Assembly: GCA_964482725.1 (NCBI GenBank)
Contig: CAYZYT010000007.1
Coordinates: 87,945-151,944, forward strand
Source of the DNA: an uncultured bacterium
Lineage (GTDB): Bacteria; Omnitrophota; Omnitrophia; Omnitrophales; Aquincolibacteriaceae
DNA length: 64,000 bases
Reading direction: 5' to 3'
Position 1 is the stretch's first letter, and the number at the start of each line of letters is the position of its first letter. Shown one piece after another: positions 19,095 through 27,606 of this stretch. The position numbers and the translations under genes were made by a program. Below the pieces are notes generated by a model. It had not been told where the DNA came from, ran no database searches, and was given only the letters and a program-made list of their open reading frames with translations.

Positions 19095-19812
19095 TAAGGA
19101 ATTTATCCGAGGGGCCTTTGATTCGATCACGCCGCGCTACGATCTGTTGAATCAGATCCTGAGCTTCGGGCAGGCCGATCGATGGAGAAAAAAAGCATGC
19201 GAGATCGTCTTGAGAGATTTAGTGACTGTCACCCAAGGTGACAGTCACCCAAGTTCAAGACCCCGTACGATCCTGGACCTCGGCTGCGGGACGGGAAAGT
19301 TCCTGGAGTGCTTCCTGAGAAAAAAATCCTGGGAAAGTGCGACAGGAGTGGATTTTTCGGTCGCGATGCTCAAAAGAGCGCGTGAGACGATCCCAGGAAA
19401 TGTGATGTGGCTGCAAGAGGATTTCGAATCCTTGCCTTTTCTCGAGTCGAGTTTTGATCTTGTGATCTCTGGATTTACGCTCAGGAGCGTTCAAAAACTC
19501 CCGGAATTTTTTAGCCAAGTTCACCGGATCCTGACCCCGGGCGGAAAGGCTGCTTTCCTGGATCTGACAAGACCTCGGAATTTCTGGGCCCGGCTCTTTT
19601 TTTATCCCTATCTGAAATTCGCGTTGCCCTTTCTGGGATGGCTTATTTCGGGCAACCGGAAGGCCTATGATTTCTTGTCCGGTTCAATCCGGGATTTCCA
19701 GTCTCCGGAGAAGACGATCCATTGGATGGAGGCTCTGGGATACCGCGACTGCACGAGTAAAAGCTTTGCTTTTGGCGCCGCGACGCTTATTATGGGACGA
19801 AAATCGGCCTAG
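19081..19812 (+). CDS. menG: Demethylmenaquinone / ubiquinone C-methyltransferase (UbiE/MenG family)
   Basis: SAM motif ILDLGCGTGKF. N-terminal RYDLLNQILSFGQADRWRK matches UbiE/MenG. The ORF contains a 16-nt tandem duplication. Confidence 0.8.
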   Translation: MPTPDKEFIRGAFDSITPRYDLLNQILSFGQADRWRKKACEIVLRDLVTVTQGDSHPSSRPRTILDLGCGTGKFLECFLRKKSWESATGVDFSVAMLKRARETIPGNVMWLQEDFESLPFLESSFDLVISGFTLRSVQKLPEFFSQVHRILTPGGKAAFLDLTRPRNFWARLFFYPYLKFALPFLGWLISGNRKAYDFLSGSIRDFQSPEKTIHWMEALGYRDCTSKSFAFGAATLIMGRKSA

Positions 19813-19969
19813 AGTTAAAGCCTCTTTCTTAGGGCTCCTGCCTGAATTTATGGAATCAATAACGGTTACGGCTACGAAACTTGTATCGGTAAAGGCATCG
19901 TTGCCATAGACGAATAGCGTTACTGAAAAGTAACGGCCATTTTTCAAAAGATCACTGTTAAGGTGCCTC

Positions 19970-20425
19970 ATGGACATAGTGAAAAGAATTATTGAATTAG
20001 GGCTTGTGCTGCCGCCCGCGCCTAAGCCGGTGGGGCTTTATCAGCCGTTCGTGGTGGCTGGGAAGCTGGCTTTTTTGAGCGGCCTGGTTTCCAAAGATGC
20101 GGAAGGCAAGATCCTGACCGGGAAGGTCGGTAAAGACCTTTCCCTGGCGGAGGGAAGGGCGGCCGCGCGGCTTGCGGCGTTGAATGCCCTGAGTATCATG
20201 AAGCACCTGATCGGTTTTGAGCGGATCCGCCGTGTGGTGAAGATGACGGGTTTCGTTCAAACGGCGTCCGATTTTTACGAGATCCCCGGGGTGGTGAACG
20301 GCGCTTCGGAGCTTCTCGCGGACGTGATGGGCGAATCTGGCGCTCATGCCCGTTCTGCCGTTGGCGTGGCGAGTCTTCCCATGAATGCTGCCGTCGAGAT
20401 TGAAATTATCCTTGAATTGATATAA
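19970..20425 (+). CDS. RidA/YjgF-family (Rid) protein
   Basis: 151 aa. Conserved C-terminal AR..VGVA.LP...VEIE pattern of the YjgF/chorismate-mutase-like fold. Confidence 0.7.
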   Translation: MDIVKRIIELGLVLPPAPKPVGLYQPFVVAGKLAFLSGLVSKDAEGKILTGKVGKDLSLAEGRAAARLAALNALSIMKHLIGFERIRRVVKMTGFVQTASDFYEIPGVVNGASELLADVMGESGAHARSAVGVASLPMNAAVEIEIILELI

Positions 20426-20514
20426 CGAAGGGGAGCGTCTCCTTCATATTACGGAAAGGAAATCATGAACCCCGTTAGAGATAGGAAGCGCTTTGAAAGC
20501 GCTTCCGTGAACGG

Positions 20515-21465
20515 GTGATAAAACTTATGAATATTCCAACAGCGAATCGGTCGAAAAAGGGCCAGCTCAAGAATCCCGGGATCTCTAACGGGGTGAAAGG
20601 TTTTTTAAAATTCGTCGCTGTATTTTCGGGTATTTTGATCCTGAGCGCGATTCTTGCGCCTCTGCTTCACGACTTTCTCCCTTACAGTTTCCCGCGTATC
20701 TTCAACCGGATCGTTATGGTGAGTGCGCTTCTCGCCGTTGTGATCTTTGTAAGATTCCGCAAGGAAATGTTCGTACGATTCGGGATGGATTGGAGGAAGG
20801 ACAGCCGGCAACTTTTTTGGACCGGATTTTTGACCGTGTCGGTCGTGCTGGTGCTCTTTACGGTCATCCAGCTTCTGATAGGCAATGCCCATGTCGCGCT
20901 TCGGGACTATGCAGGCCCCAAGTGGGTGTCCAAGATCGTCGGCTGCATCAGTGGGGCTTTCCTGATCGGGATCATGGAGGAGTTCTTCTTCCGGGGATTC
21001 ATTTTTACCTCGCTGCGCGACAAGGCGTTCCGGGGGAGCATCCCTCTGGCGATGATCGTGACAAGCCTTTTTTATTCCGCACTTCATTTTGTCAGTATTC
21101 GCAAACCCGTGATCAGCCAGGATCCGGGGTTCCTGGACAGCCTGAAGATGATCGCGGCGCCGATCCAGTCTTTTGCGGATTGGCAGGCCGTGTGGCCTGC
21201 GGCGATCGGGCTCTTCCTCTTCGGGATGGTCCTGAACTATTGTGCCGTACGAACACGATCGCTTTATGCTTCCATCGGGTTGCATGCAGGAGCTGTTTTT
21301 TTTGTAAGAACGGTCGGGCTTTTCATAGCGTTTTCCGAAACGAACATTCTTCTTTGGAGTACGAAAAAAGTCTATGACGGCGCGCTGGGCTGGCTCTGCT
21401 TGCTTCTGACAGGGTGGATCTTGAGCCGGCTTTTCAAAAAATCGGATGCGCCTCAAGCCTCCTAA
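20515..21465 (+). CDS. CPBP-family (CAAX) intramembrane metalloprotease
   Basis: Motifs EEFFFRGF (EExxxR), FYSALHF (FxxxH) and GLHAGAVFF. Multiple TM helices. Uses a GTG start at 20515 (alternative ATG at 20527). Confidence 0.8.
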   Translation: MIKLMNIPTANRSKKGQLKNPGISNGVKGFLKFVAVFSGILILSAILAPLLHDFLPYSFPRIFNRIVMVSALLAVVIFVRFRKEMFVRFGMDWRKDSRQLFWTGFLTVSVVLVLFTVIQLLIGNAHVALRDYAGPKWVSKIVGCISGAFLIGIMEEFFFRGFIFTSLRDKAFRGSIPLAMIVTSLFYSALHFVSIRKPVISQDPGFLDSLKMIAAPIQSFADWQAVWPAAIGLFLFGMVLNYCAVRTRSLYASIGLHAGAVFFVRTVGLFIAFSETNILLWSTKKVYDGALGWLCLLLTGWILSRLFKKSDAPQAS

Positions 21466-21486
21466 TCTTTTGGAAAAATTCTCACC

Positions 21487-22551
21487 ATGACCACATTCAA
21501 TAAGATCACCCGAGAGAAAGTCCTCGAATGCCTTAAGCAGGTCCAGGAACCCGTTTTGAACGAGGACATTATTTCGCTCGGGCTAGTGCGGGAGATCGAG
21601 ATCGATAAGAATCATGCCTTTCTTCATCTGGAATCTTCGGTGGAAGATCCGTGTCTTCAAGAAAAATTACGTGGGGCGATCGTTCAGGCCGTGTGCGCAG
21701 CGGGTGCGAGCGGATGCGAGGTTCATTTTTCCGGTTCGCCTAAAAAACCGGGCGAGGCTTGCCCGTCTTCGCAGGGTGGCAAACCGAAATGCGGGGTGAA
21801 CGCCTCAACGGTTCAGCCGATTTCCGGGGTGAAACATGTGATCGCGGTTGCGAGCGGTAAAGGCGGCGTCGGGAAATCGACCGTGGCCGTGAACCTGGCG
21901 TTGGCCTTAAAACAGCTGGGTGCTAAAGTGGGATTGATGGATGCCGACATTTACGGTCCGAACATTCCCATGATGCTCGGTATCTCACCGGACAAACGTC
22001 CGGAGGGAAACGCCCAAGAAAAAATTCTTCCGGTTGAAGCGCATGGCGTGAAGGCGATCTCGATCGGATTCTTTGCGAATCCGGAGCAACCGGTGATCTG
22101 GCGAGGACCGCTTCTTCATAAGACCGTGGAGCAATTTCTGCACCGGGTGGATTGGGGGGAACTGGATTGTCTCGTGGTGGACTTGCCGCCGGGAACGGGG
22201 GATGTGCAGCTCTCTTTGTCACAATGGGTGCGTGTGTCGGGAGCGGTCGTGGTGACCACTCCGCAAGAAGTGGCTTTGAGCGATGTCCGGAAAGCCGTGA
22301 ATATGTTCCGTCAACTCGAGATCCCGATCTTGGGGGTGATTGAGAATATGACCGGGGCGATTTTTGGGCGTGGCGGGGGCGAAAAAATGGCGGAGGTTTT
22401 TCAAATCCCTTTTCTTGGGGATATTCCGCTTGAAGCTCAGGTGCGGGAGTGCGGGGATTCCGGGCTCCCGGTGGTGATCGGGCATCCCAAGAGCCCTATC
22501 AGTGAACGGTTTATGAAGATCGCGGAAGCGGTCCGTAAAACTTTGAAATAA
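21487..22551 (+). CDS. apbC: Fe-S cluster carrier ATPase Mrp/ApbC with N-terminal MIP18/DUF59 domain
   Basis: Walker A IAVASGKGGVGKST. CxxC region. DUF59-like N-terminus. Confidence 0.9.
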   Translation: MTTFNKITREKVLECLKQVQEPVLNEDIISLGLVREIEIDKNHAFLHLESSVEDPCLQEKLRGAIVQAVCAAGASGCEVHFSGSPKKPGEACPSSQGGKPKCGVNASTVQPISGVKHVIAVASGKGGVGKSTVAVNLALALKQLGAKVGLMDADIYGPNIPMMLGISPDKRPEGNAQEKILPVEAHGVKAISIGFFANPEQPVIWRGPLLHKTVEQFLHRVDWGELDCLVVDLPPGTGDVQLSLSQWVRVSGAVVVTTPQEVALSDVRKAVNMFRQLEIPILGVIENMTGAIFGRGGGEKMAEVFQIPFLGDIPLEAQVRECGDSGLPVVIGHPKSPISERFMKIAEAVRKTLK

Positions 22552-22613
22552 TACACTCCCTTTGAAACCGGGAGCAAGACCGGGTGTCAAAGGGGCTCAT
22601 AAGGAGTCAGACC

Positions 22614-23204
22614 ATGGCGAAAAAGAAAGCAGTTCAGGGAGAAGGAAGATTCGAATCTCTTGTCAAGGAGATGCTCACGCTTTTGGGCGAGGATCCCCGG
22701 CGTGAAGGTCTCGTAAGGACGCCCGTCCGCGTGGCGAAATCTCTCCGGTACCTGACGCAAGGGTATCAAATGGATCCCAAAGAGATCCTTGCGCATGCGG
22801 TATTCAAAGAGCCGTATGACGAGATGGTCATCGTCAAGGATATCGAGATCTTTTCACTTTGCGAGCATCACATGTTGCCTTTTTACGGCAAGGCTCATAT
22901 TGCTTACATTCCGAACGGAAAGATCATCGGCCTTTCCAAGATCCCGCGTCTCGTGGAGGTATTCTCCAAGCGGCTTCAGGTCCAGGAGCGCCTTACGACC
23001 CAAATCGCGGAATGCCTGATGGAGGCCTTAAAGCCCAAGGGCGTCGCGGTGGTGATCGAGGCCCTGCATCTCTGTATGTCCATGCGCGGCGTCAAAAAAG
23101 CCGATGCCTACACGATCACCAGCGCCATGCTTGGCGCCTTCCGCAAAGACGCACGCTCTCGCAGCGAATTCCTGAGTTTGATACGGCTGAAAAGGGAAGA
23201 ATAA
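22614..23204 (+). CDS. folE: GTP cyclohydrolase I
   Basis: [18 protein letters not shown]...[17 protein letters not shown] at 22601-22606. Start at ATG 22614. Confidence 0.9.
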   Translation: MAKKKAVQGEGRFESLVKEMLTLLGEDPRREGLVRTPVRVAKSLRYLTQGYQMDPKEILAHAVFKEPYDEMVIVKDIEIFSLCEHHMLPFYGKAHIAYIPNGKIIGLSKIPRLVEVFSKRLQVQERLTTQIAECLMEALKPKGVAVVIEALHLCMSMRGVKKADAYTITSAMLGAFRKDARSRSEFLSLIRLKREE

Positions 23205-23282
23205 AGAGCGGACAACGGTCAACGCGCAACGAAATAGCGCCTGCGTTGTCCGTGAATCGTTGTCCGTTGACCTGGCGGGGAA
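23205..23282. terminator. Long imperfect hairpin between convergent folE and lpxD: (CAACG)x3 array facing (CGTTG)x3-4 array
   Basis: gaCAACGgtCAACGcgCAACG lies at 23209-23230. It is complementary to CGTTGtcCGTGaatCGTTGtcCGTTGacc at 23244-23273. Confidence 0.35.
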
Positions 23283-24332
23283 TTACTTCTCGGAAGGGAT
23301 GCCGAGTTTTGCTTCGAGTGCCGCGACTTTCTTTCTGAGCGCGCGGACATCGTCTAAGGTTTCCGCGGCGCGGAGCTGAGCGCCGAACTGCTTTCTCATT
23401 TCCGCGTAAGGCCTGGCGGGTTGCCCAAAATAGATCTGTTTCCCAGGGACTTTCTTGTTCGAAGGGAATCCCGCGCCGGCGCCGATCATCGCCCAGTCGC
23501 CGATCTCTACGTGATCTCCCAAGCCGACCGAACCGCCCATCGTTACATGCGAACCGACCTTGCAGCTTCCGGAGATCCCGGTTTGCGCGGAAATGACCGT
23601 ATGCTCGCCAAGCACGACATTGTGGGCGATCTGAACGAGGTTGTCGATCTTGCAGCCTTTGCCAATGCGGGTGGATCCGATGGCGGCGCGGTCGATCGTG
23701 GAGCATGCGCCGATCTCCACGTCATCTTCGATCACGACATTCCCGATCTGGGGGAGTTTTTCATGGGCGCCTGGGGTCGCGACATAGCCGAAGCCGTCCG
23801 CGCCGATCACGGTGCCGGCATGGATCACGACGTTCATCCCTAATTCGCAATTTTCATAAAGCGTGACGTTCGGGTGAATAACGCAATTTGCGCCGAGCTG
23901 GACGTTCTCACCGACAAACGCGTGAGAGCAAAGAACCGTATGGTCACCGATGGTGGCGTTCTCGCCGATCGTTACGAAAGATTCGATCGTCACGTTCGTG
24001 CCGAGCTTTGCCGTTTTAGCGATCGAGGCGTGAGGCGAGACCGTCCCCGGGTATTTCCTGGCAGGGAAGAGCTCGCGGAGGATCTTGGCCCATGCCCGCT
24101 TGGGATATTCGACCTGGATCAGGACCTTGGAGGACAAGCTGATTTGTTTCGGCACGATCATGCAGGCAATTTCAGAAGCTTCGAGTGTCTTGAACCCTTT
24201 TTCATCCTGCACGAATGAGATATGCCCTTTAAGCGGGTTTTCAAAATTCGTGATCCCTTCGATCCGCGTGGTGCTGTCACCAATCACGATGCCCCCGACG
24301 AGTTTTGCGAATTCCTCAACGGTTTTGTTCAT
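23283..24332 (-). CDS. lpxD: UDP-3-O-(3-hydroxyacyl)glucosamine N-acyltransferase
   Basis: 349 aa. LpxD N-terminal domain followed by a left-handed beta-helix of hexapeptide repeats. Confidence 0.9.
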   Translation of the reverse strand: MNKTVEEFAKLVGGIVIGDSTTRIEGITNFENPLKGHISFVQDEKGFKTLEASEIACMIVPKQISLSSKVLIQVEYPKRAWAKILRELFPARKYPGTVSPHASIAKTAKLGTNVTIESFVTIGENATIGDHTVLCSHAFVGENVQLGANCVIHPNVTLYENCELGMNVVIHAGTVIGADGFGYVATPGAHEKLPQIGNVVIEDDVEIGACSTIDRAAIGSTRIGKGCKIDNLVQIAHNVVLGEHTVISAQTGISGSCKVGSHVTMGGSVGLGDHVEIGDWAMIGAGAGFPSNKKVPGKQIYFGQPARPYAEMRKQFGAQLRAAETLDDVRALRKKVAALEAKLGIPSEK

Positions 24333-24339
24333 AAGAGGG

Positions 24340-25047
24340 CTACTTTTTTGCCGAGGGGGTTTTAGGCCCGGAAACAGGAATCGGGGCGGAGGTGGATGAC
24401 GGTTCTTCGACGGTTTCAGACGGCTCCTCCATGGAGGATTTTGGAAGAGCGAGATAGTCCTTCAAGTCAGCGCGTTTATTGACATCGTTCGTCCATGTCA
24501 TGAAAGCCATTTTTTGTTTTTCTGCGGCTTCTTCTTGGGCCTTCGGGTCTGTCAGCTTGTCGGCCCCGGCCGGCACAAAACTCGCGATCTGCAAGCGCAA
24601 GAGTTTTTGAATGCGTATGAACTCTCGTAGGCCTTCCTCAAATTCCCTTGGTGAGAGATGAAGGGTGCGGGTGAGCCAGATCTTGTATTGCTCCGACGTC
24701 GGGCTGACCAGGCCTTGCTGAGAGAGGATCTTGGCGATCTCTCCACGGACCTCTTCATCCGTGATCTTAACCCCCTTGCGTTTAGCCTCCCGGGAATAAA
24801 TAATATTTTGCCAGGTGTAATCGCGTAGGAGCTCCGGGTCTTCGACCGGTTTCTCGGACGGCATGAAAAGCTGCGTGGCGCGGTAGAACTGATTGTATTC
24901 CTGGAAGGTCACGGATTTTCCGAAGGCTTCGCCCGCGAATCGTCCTTCCTTTTTCATCCCGCTTAAGGAAACGCCGCTTCCGATCAGGAAAGCCGCCACC
25001 AGAAACCAGATGCTGTATTTGATGTTCTTCCGAATAAATTTCATCAT
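24340..25047 (-). CDS. Periplasmic chaperone-like protein with SurA N-terminal domain (no PPIase domain). Signal-anchored.
   Basis: N-terminal TM/signal. The SurA_N-like segment ([15 protein letters not shown]...[31 protein letters not shown]) is immediately upstream of lpxD, the usual position of skp/surA-like chaperones. Confidence 0.55.
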   Translation of the reverse strand: MMKFIRKNIKYSIWFLVAAFLIGSGVSLSGMKKEGRFAGEAFGKSVTFQEYNQFYRATQLFMPSEKPVEDPELLRDYTWQNIIYSREAKRKGVKITDEEVRGEIAKILSQQGLVSPTSEQYKIWLTRTLHLSPREFEEGLREFIRIQKLLRLQIASFVPAGADKLTDPKAQEEAAEKQKMAFMTWTNDVNKRADLKDYLALPKSSMEEPSETVEEPSSTSAPIPVSGPKTPSAKK

Positions 25048-25249
25048 AATGGCGCATAATGTAACACAAGCTGAAAAATAGGGGAAGGAGAAAAGCCGCT
25101 AAAAACAGTGTTGGGCACATCGTACATAGCACCTAGCGAATCCTCGGCATAAACTCCGATTTTTCCAAGGACCAAGGACTATCAAGTATGTACCGTTTTT
25201 TATGAATAAAATTGTTGAAAGGACTGTTGTTAAGCGATATCATTACCCC

Positions 25250-25612
25250 ATGAAAAATAAAGGCGTCGCGTTAGTCGAGATCGTGGTGAGTATGATCGTC
25301 CTGGCGGTGGCCGCTTTAGCGGTGACTTCGACGGTTTCCATGGTGAATAGCAAGCAGCTGAGAAGCGCCGGCGGCAGCAGTCTCGATGTTCAAGCTTTGA
25401 GCTATGCGAGAGAAACCCTTGAGTCTCTAAAGAACTCTGTGAGCACGAACGATACCAACGGAAGTATGGGCGAGAAGCTCAAGGTTAGTGGCACAGCCTA
25501 CAATGTAACGAGCGGACTTCCTGCGGGATTTTCGCGGACCTATACGGTTTCGGACGTGGGGGGTGGCACCGGTCTTAAGAAAGTAAAAGTGACCGTCCAA
25601 TGGAACGATTAG
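25250..25612 (+). CDS. Prepilin-type N-terminal cleavage/methylation domain protein (minor pilin/pseudopilin-like)
   Basis: MKNKG|VALVEIVVSMIVLAV: class III signal peptide with G-1 and E+5. Confidence 0.7.
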   Translation: MKNKGVALVEIVVSMIVLAVAALAVTSTVSMVNSKQLRSAGGSSLDVQALSYARETLESLKNSVSTNDTNGSMGEKLKVSGTAYNVTSGLPAGFSRTYTVSDVGGGTGLKKVKVTVQWND

Positions 25613-26163
25613 AAAGAGCGGTCGACGGTTTTACCCTCTTCGAGCTTGTGATCGCCATAGCCCTTTCTGCAGTTGTTTTGCTTTCCGCGGGTAATCTCCT
25701 TATCAATTTTGGGAAATTTTCTTCGAATGTCGTCAAATCCGAGGCGTCGCTCATGGGGACTGCTCTCGGCACTTTCGAGGAGATCGTCGGAAAGATCACC
25801 ATCGCCGACAAGGTGACCATCCCCGCGACGACCATTACGCCTGTCCCTGCTTCTTCGACAGATAACTCCATTGAAATACGAGTCCATCCGGCAAGCGCGT
25901 CCTATGATCCCTCTCACACCGGTGACACAATTTATACTTATTGGAGAGATGGTGCTAATTTGAAAAGTAAATCCAAGGTTGGGACGGCCGCGGAGAGTGC
26001 GGTACGTGTTGTGTCGGCGGATATTACTTTGGCAACATTTCAAAAGGATAGCACTTTAACGAACCACATTATCGTGACCCTGGATGCCCAGACGAGCAGC
26101 CAGACTAAGGAACAGTTGAAGACAACAGCCATCATGCGGTCAAGGAGCGCAAATTTGATATGA
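25600..26163 (+). CDS. Prepilin-type N-terminal cleavage/methylation domain protein (minor pilin/pseudopilin-like)
   Basis: MERLERAVDG|FTLFELVIAIALSAVVLL: canonical GFTLxE motif. Confidence 0.75.
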   Translation: MERLERAVDGFTLFELVIAIALSAVVLLSAGNLLINFGKFSSNVVKSEASLMGTALGTFEEIVGKITIADKVTIPATTITPVPASSTDNSIEIRVHPASASYDPSHTGDTIYTYWRDGANLKSKSKVGTAAESAVRVVSADITLATFQKDSTLTNHIIVTLDAQTSSQTKEQLKTTAIMRSRSANLI

Positions 26164-26495
26164 AAAAAGGATTCGCATTGATCACCGTTTTGGCGGTCTT
26201 GATCATGATCGCGCTGGGCACAGCGGCCGTGCTGCAATCGGTGGGCAGCCAAACTAATCTGAAGTCCATCAATGTTCAGGAGGTCAAGGAGCAATTTCTT
26301 TCCGAAGCGGGCATGCAGTATGCCTTATGGCGTTCTAGAAATGGGGCGAATCCTGCCAGTGAAAACTATACGGTCATGGATATAGACGGGACAACGCCTC
26401 TCGGCGATGTCGTTATCATCAAGGCAGAGACTGCTTCCGGGTCCGGAATATACAAGATCAAAGTGTGTGTTGGCAGTGGTGCCTGTACTTTTTAA
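26160..26495 (+). CDS. Pseudopilin-like protein (prepilin-type leader without E+5, GspK/PilX-like)
   Basis: MKKG|FALITVLAVLIMIALG. ATGA overlap with the upstream gene. Confidence 0.6.
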   Translation: MKKGFALITVLAVLIMIALGTAAVLQSVGSQTNLKSINVQEVKEQFLSEAGMQYALWRSRNGANPASENYTVMDIDGTTPLGDVVIIKAETASGSGIYKIKVCVGSGACTF

Positions 26496-26537
26496 AAATG
26501 GGAAATCCCCGCAAGGGACGATCCTAGGGAGAAAAAA

Positions 26538-26954
26538 ATGAATAGCCGGAAAGGGTTTTCTCTAACTGAGATTTTGACAACGGTCGTGATCTTGGCCGTT
26601 CTAGCGGGGATCGCGATCCCCGGTTTTTCTAAAGCAAAGGACAAAGCCGCGGCCGCTCAGGCAGTCGCTTATCTGCGGAGCATCCGGCTCGGTGAGAAGA
26701 TGTATTTTGCGAAGAACGCGACCTACGTAGATTGCTCGACCAAGGCGCTTCTTAGTTCCACGCTTGGGGTCGATGTCACAGAGGAGAATTATCATTTTGA
26801 TGTGACAGGCGCGAGCAGTTCAACCTTTACCGCCAGATCACGCAAAGGTGTGGATCCTACGGATTGCAGTTCTACCAACACGATCTGCCTCCAGGCGGAC
26901 GGTACCTGGTCCGGGAACTCCACGTATGTGTCCTTCGCTACACTTAATAGCTAA
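26538..26954 (+). CDS. Type IVa pilin-like protein (PilA-like major pilin candidate)
   Basis: MNSRKG|FSLTEILTTVVILAVLAGIAIP. C-terminal Cys pair (DCSSTNTIC) forms a D-region-like loop. AGGGAG RBS. Confidence 0.8.
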   Translation: MNSRKGFSLTEILTTVVILAVLAGIAIPGFSKAKDKAAAAQAVAYLRSIRLGEKMYFAKNATYVDCSTKALLSSTLGVDVTEENYHFDVTGASSSTFTARSRKGVDPTDCSSTNTICLQADGTWSGNSTYVSFATLNS

Positions 26955-27136
26955 CGTTTTTAAAAGACGATTTTTTGCAAGCTGTCGGGTGGATGCGTCG
27001 AGATGTAGCGGTTATGTTTCAACTAGGAACGCGATTCGTCTCTCCCGTTTTATCTCCCGGCTTTACCGGTAAGCATTCGCGGGAAAATTTCTTGAGCAGC
27101 TTTTAAACCTAATCACAATTTGACCTGAGGTGAAAA

Positions 27137-27556
27137 ATGATCCCCAAAAGCATTTTAGGCGTTATGTTTTTTTCAGTAGTCGTGTTCGTATCCAGTGCGT
27201 ATGCCGGCAAAGTTGAGCTGACCACTTATTACCCGGCGCCGAACGGCGAGTACAGCCGGCTTCAGGCCAGCGGGTCGTGCGTGGGGTCGACTTGTGGCAC
27301 GGCAGCGGATGATGTGACCAACGACAATCTAAAGGTCAAGGGAACGACGACCACCACGAATGCGACGATCACAGGAACGACGACCACCACCAATGCGACC
27401 ATCACCACGGCCACCATCCAAGATGCGACGATCACAGGAACGACCACGACCGGCAATGCAAATGTCACCGGTACGACTCAGACGGGCAGGATCCGGCTCA
27501 CAGCGACGGGGACACCGAGCGGCACTATTCCGGACGGAACCATGTGGATCCAGTAA
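27137..27556 (+). CDS. Secreted Thr-rich tandem-repeat protein (hypothetical)
   Basis: Signal peptide MIPKSILGVMFFSVVVFVSSAYA. Repeats GTTTTTNATITG x3-4, encoded by ~33-nt DNA tandem repeats at 27340-27470. Confidence 0.6.
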   Translation: MIPKSILGVMFFSVVVFVSSAYAGKVELTTYYPAPNGEYSRLQASGSCVGSTCGTAADDVTNDNLKVKGTTTTTNATITGTTTTTNATITTATIQDATITGTTTTGNANVTGTTQTGRIRLTATGTPSGTIPDGTMWIQ

Positions 27557-27606
27557 CTTTGAAAACGGTGGGAATGAACGATTGTTTTCTGTGAGGAGTA
27601 CCTTTT

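Noticed and set aside
19813-19969. Hairpin CGTTACT-gaaa-AGTAACG + GCCATTTTTC downstream of menG as a Rho-independent terminator
   Set aside because: The stem is short (7 bp) and the T-run is separated from it by GCCA. It is plausible but weak. I left it out of the features and mention it only as a possible operon-end signal.
20605-21456. 283-aa minus-strand ORF and 195-aa + strand alternative-frame ORF overlapping the CAAX protease gene
   Set aside because: The CPBP-family motifs (EExxxR, FxxxH, HxxxN/A) are in the 20515..21465 + frame. The other frames are Arg/Pro-rich artefacts.
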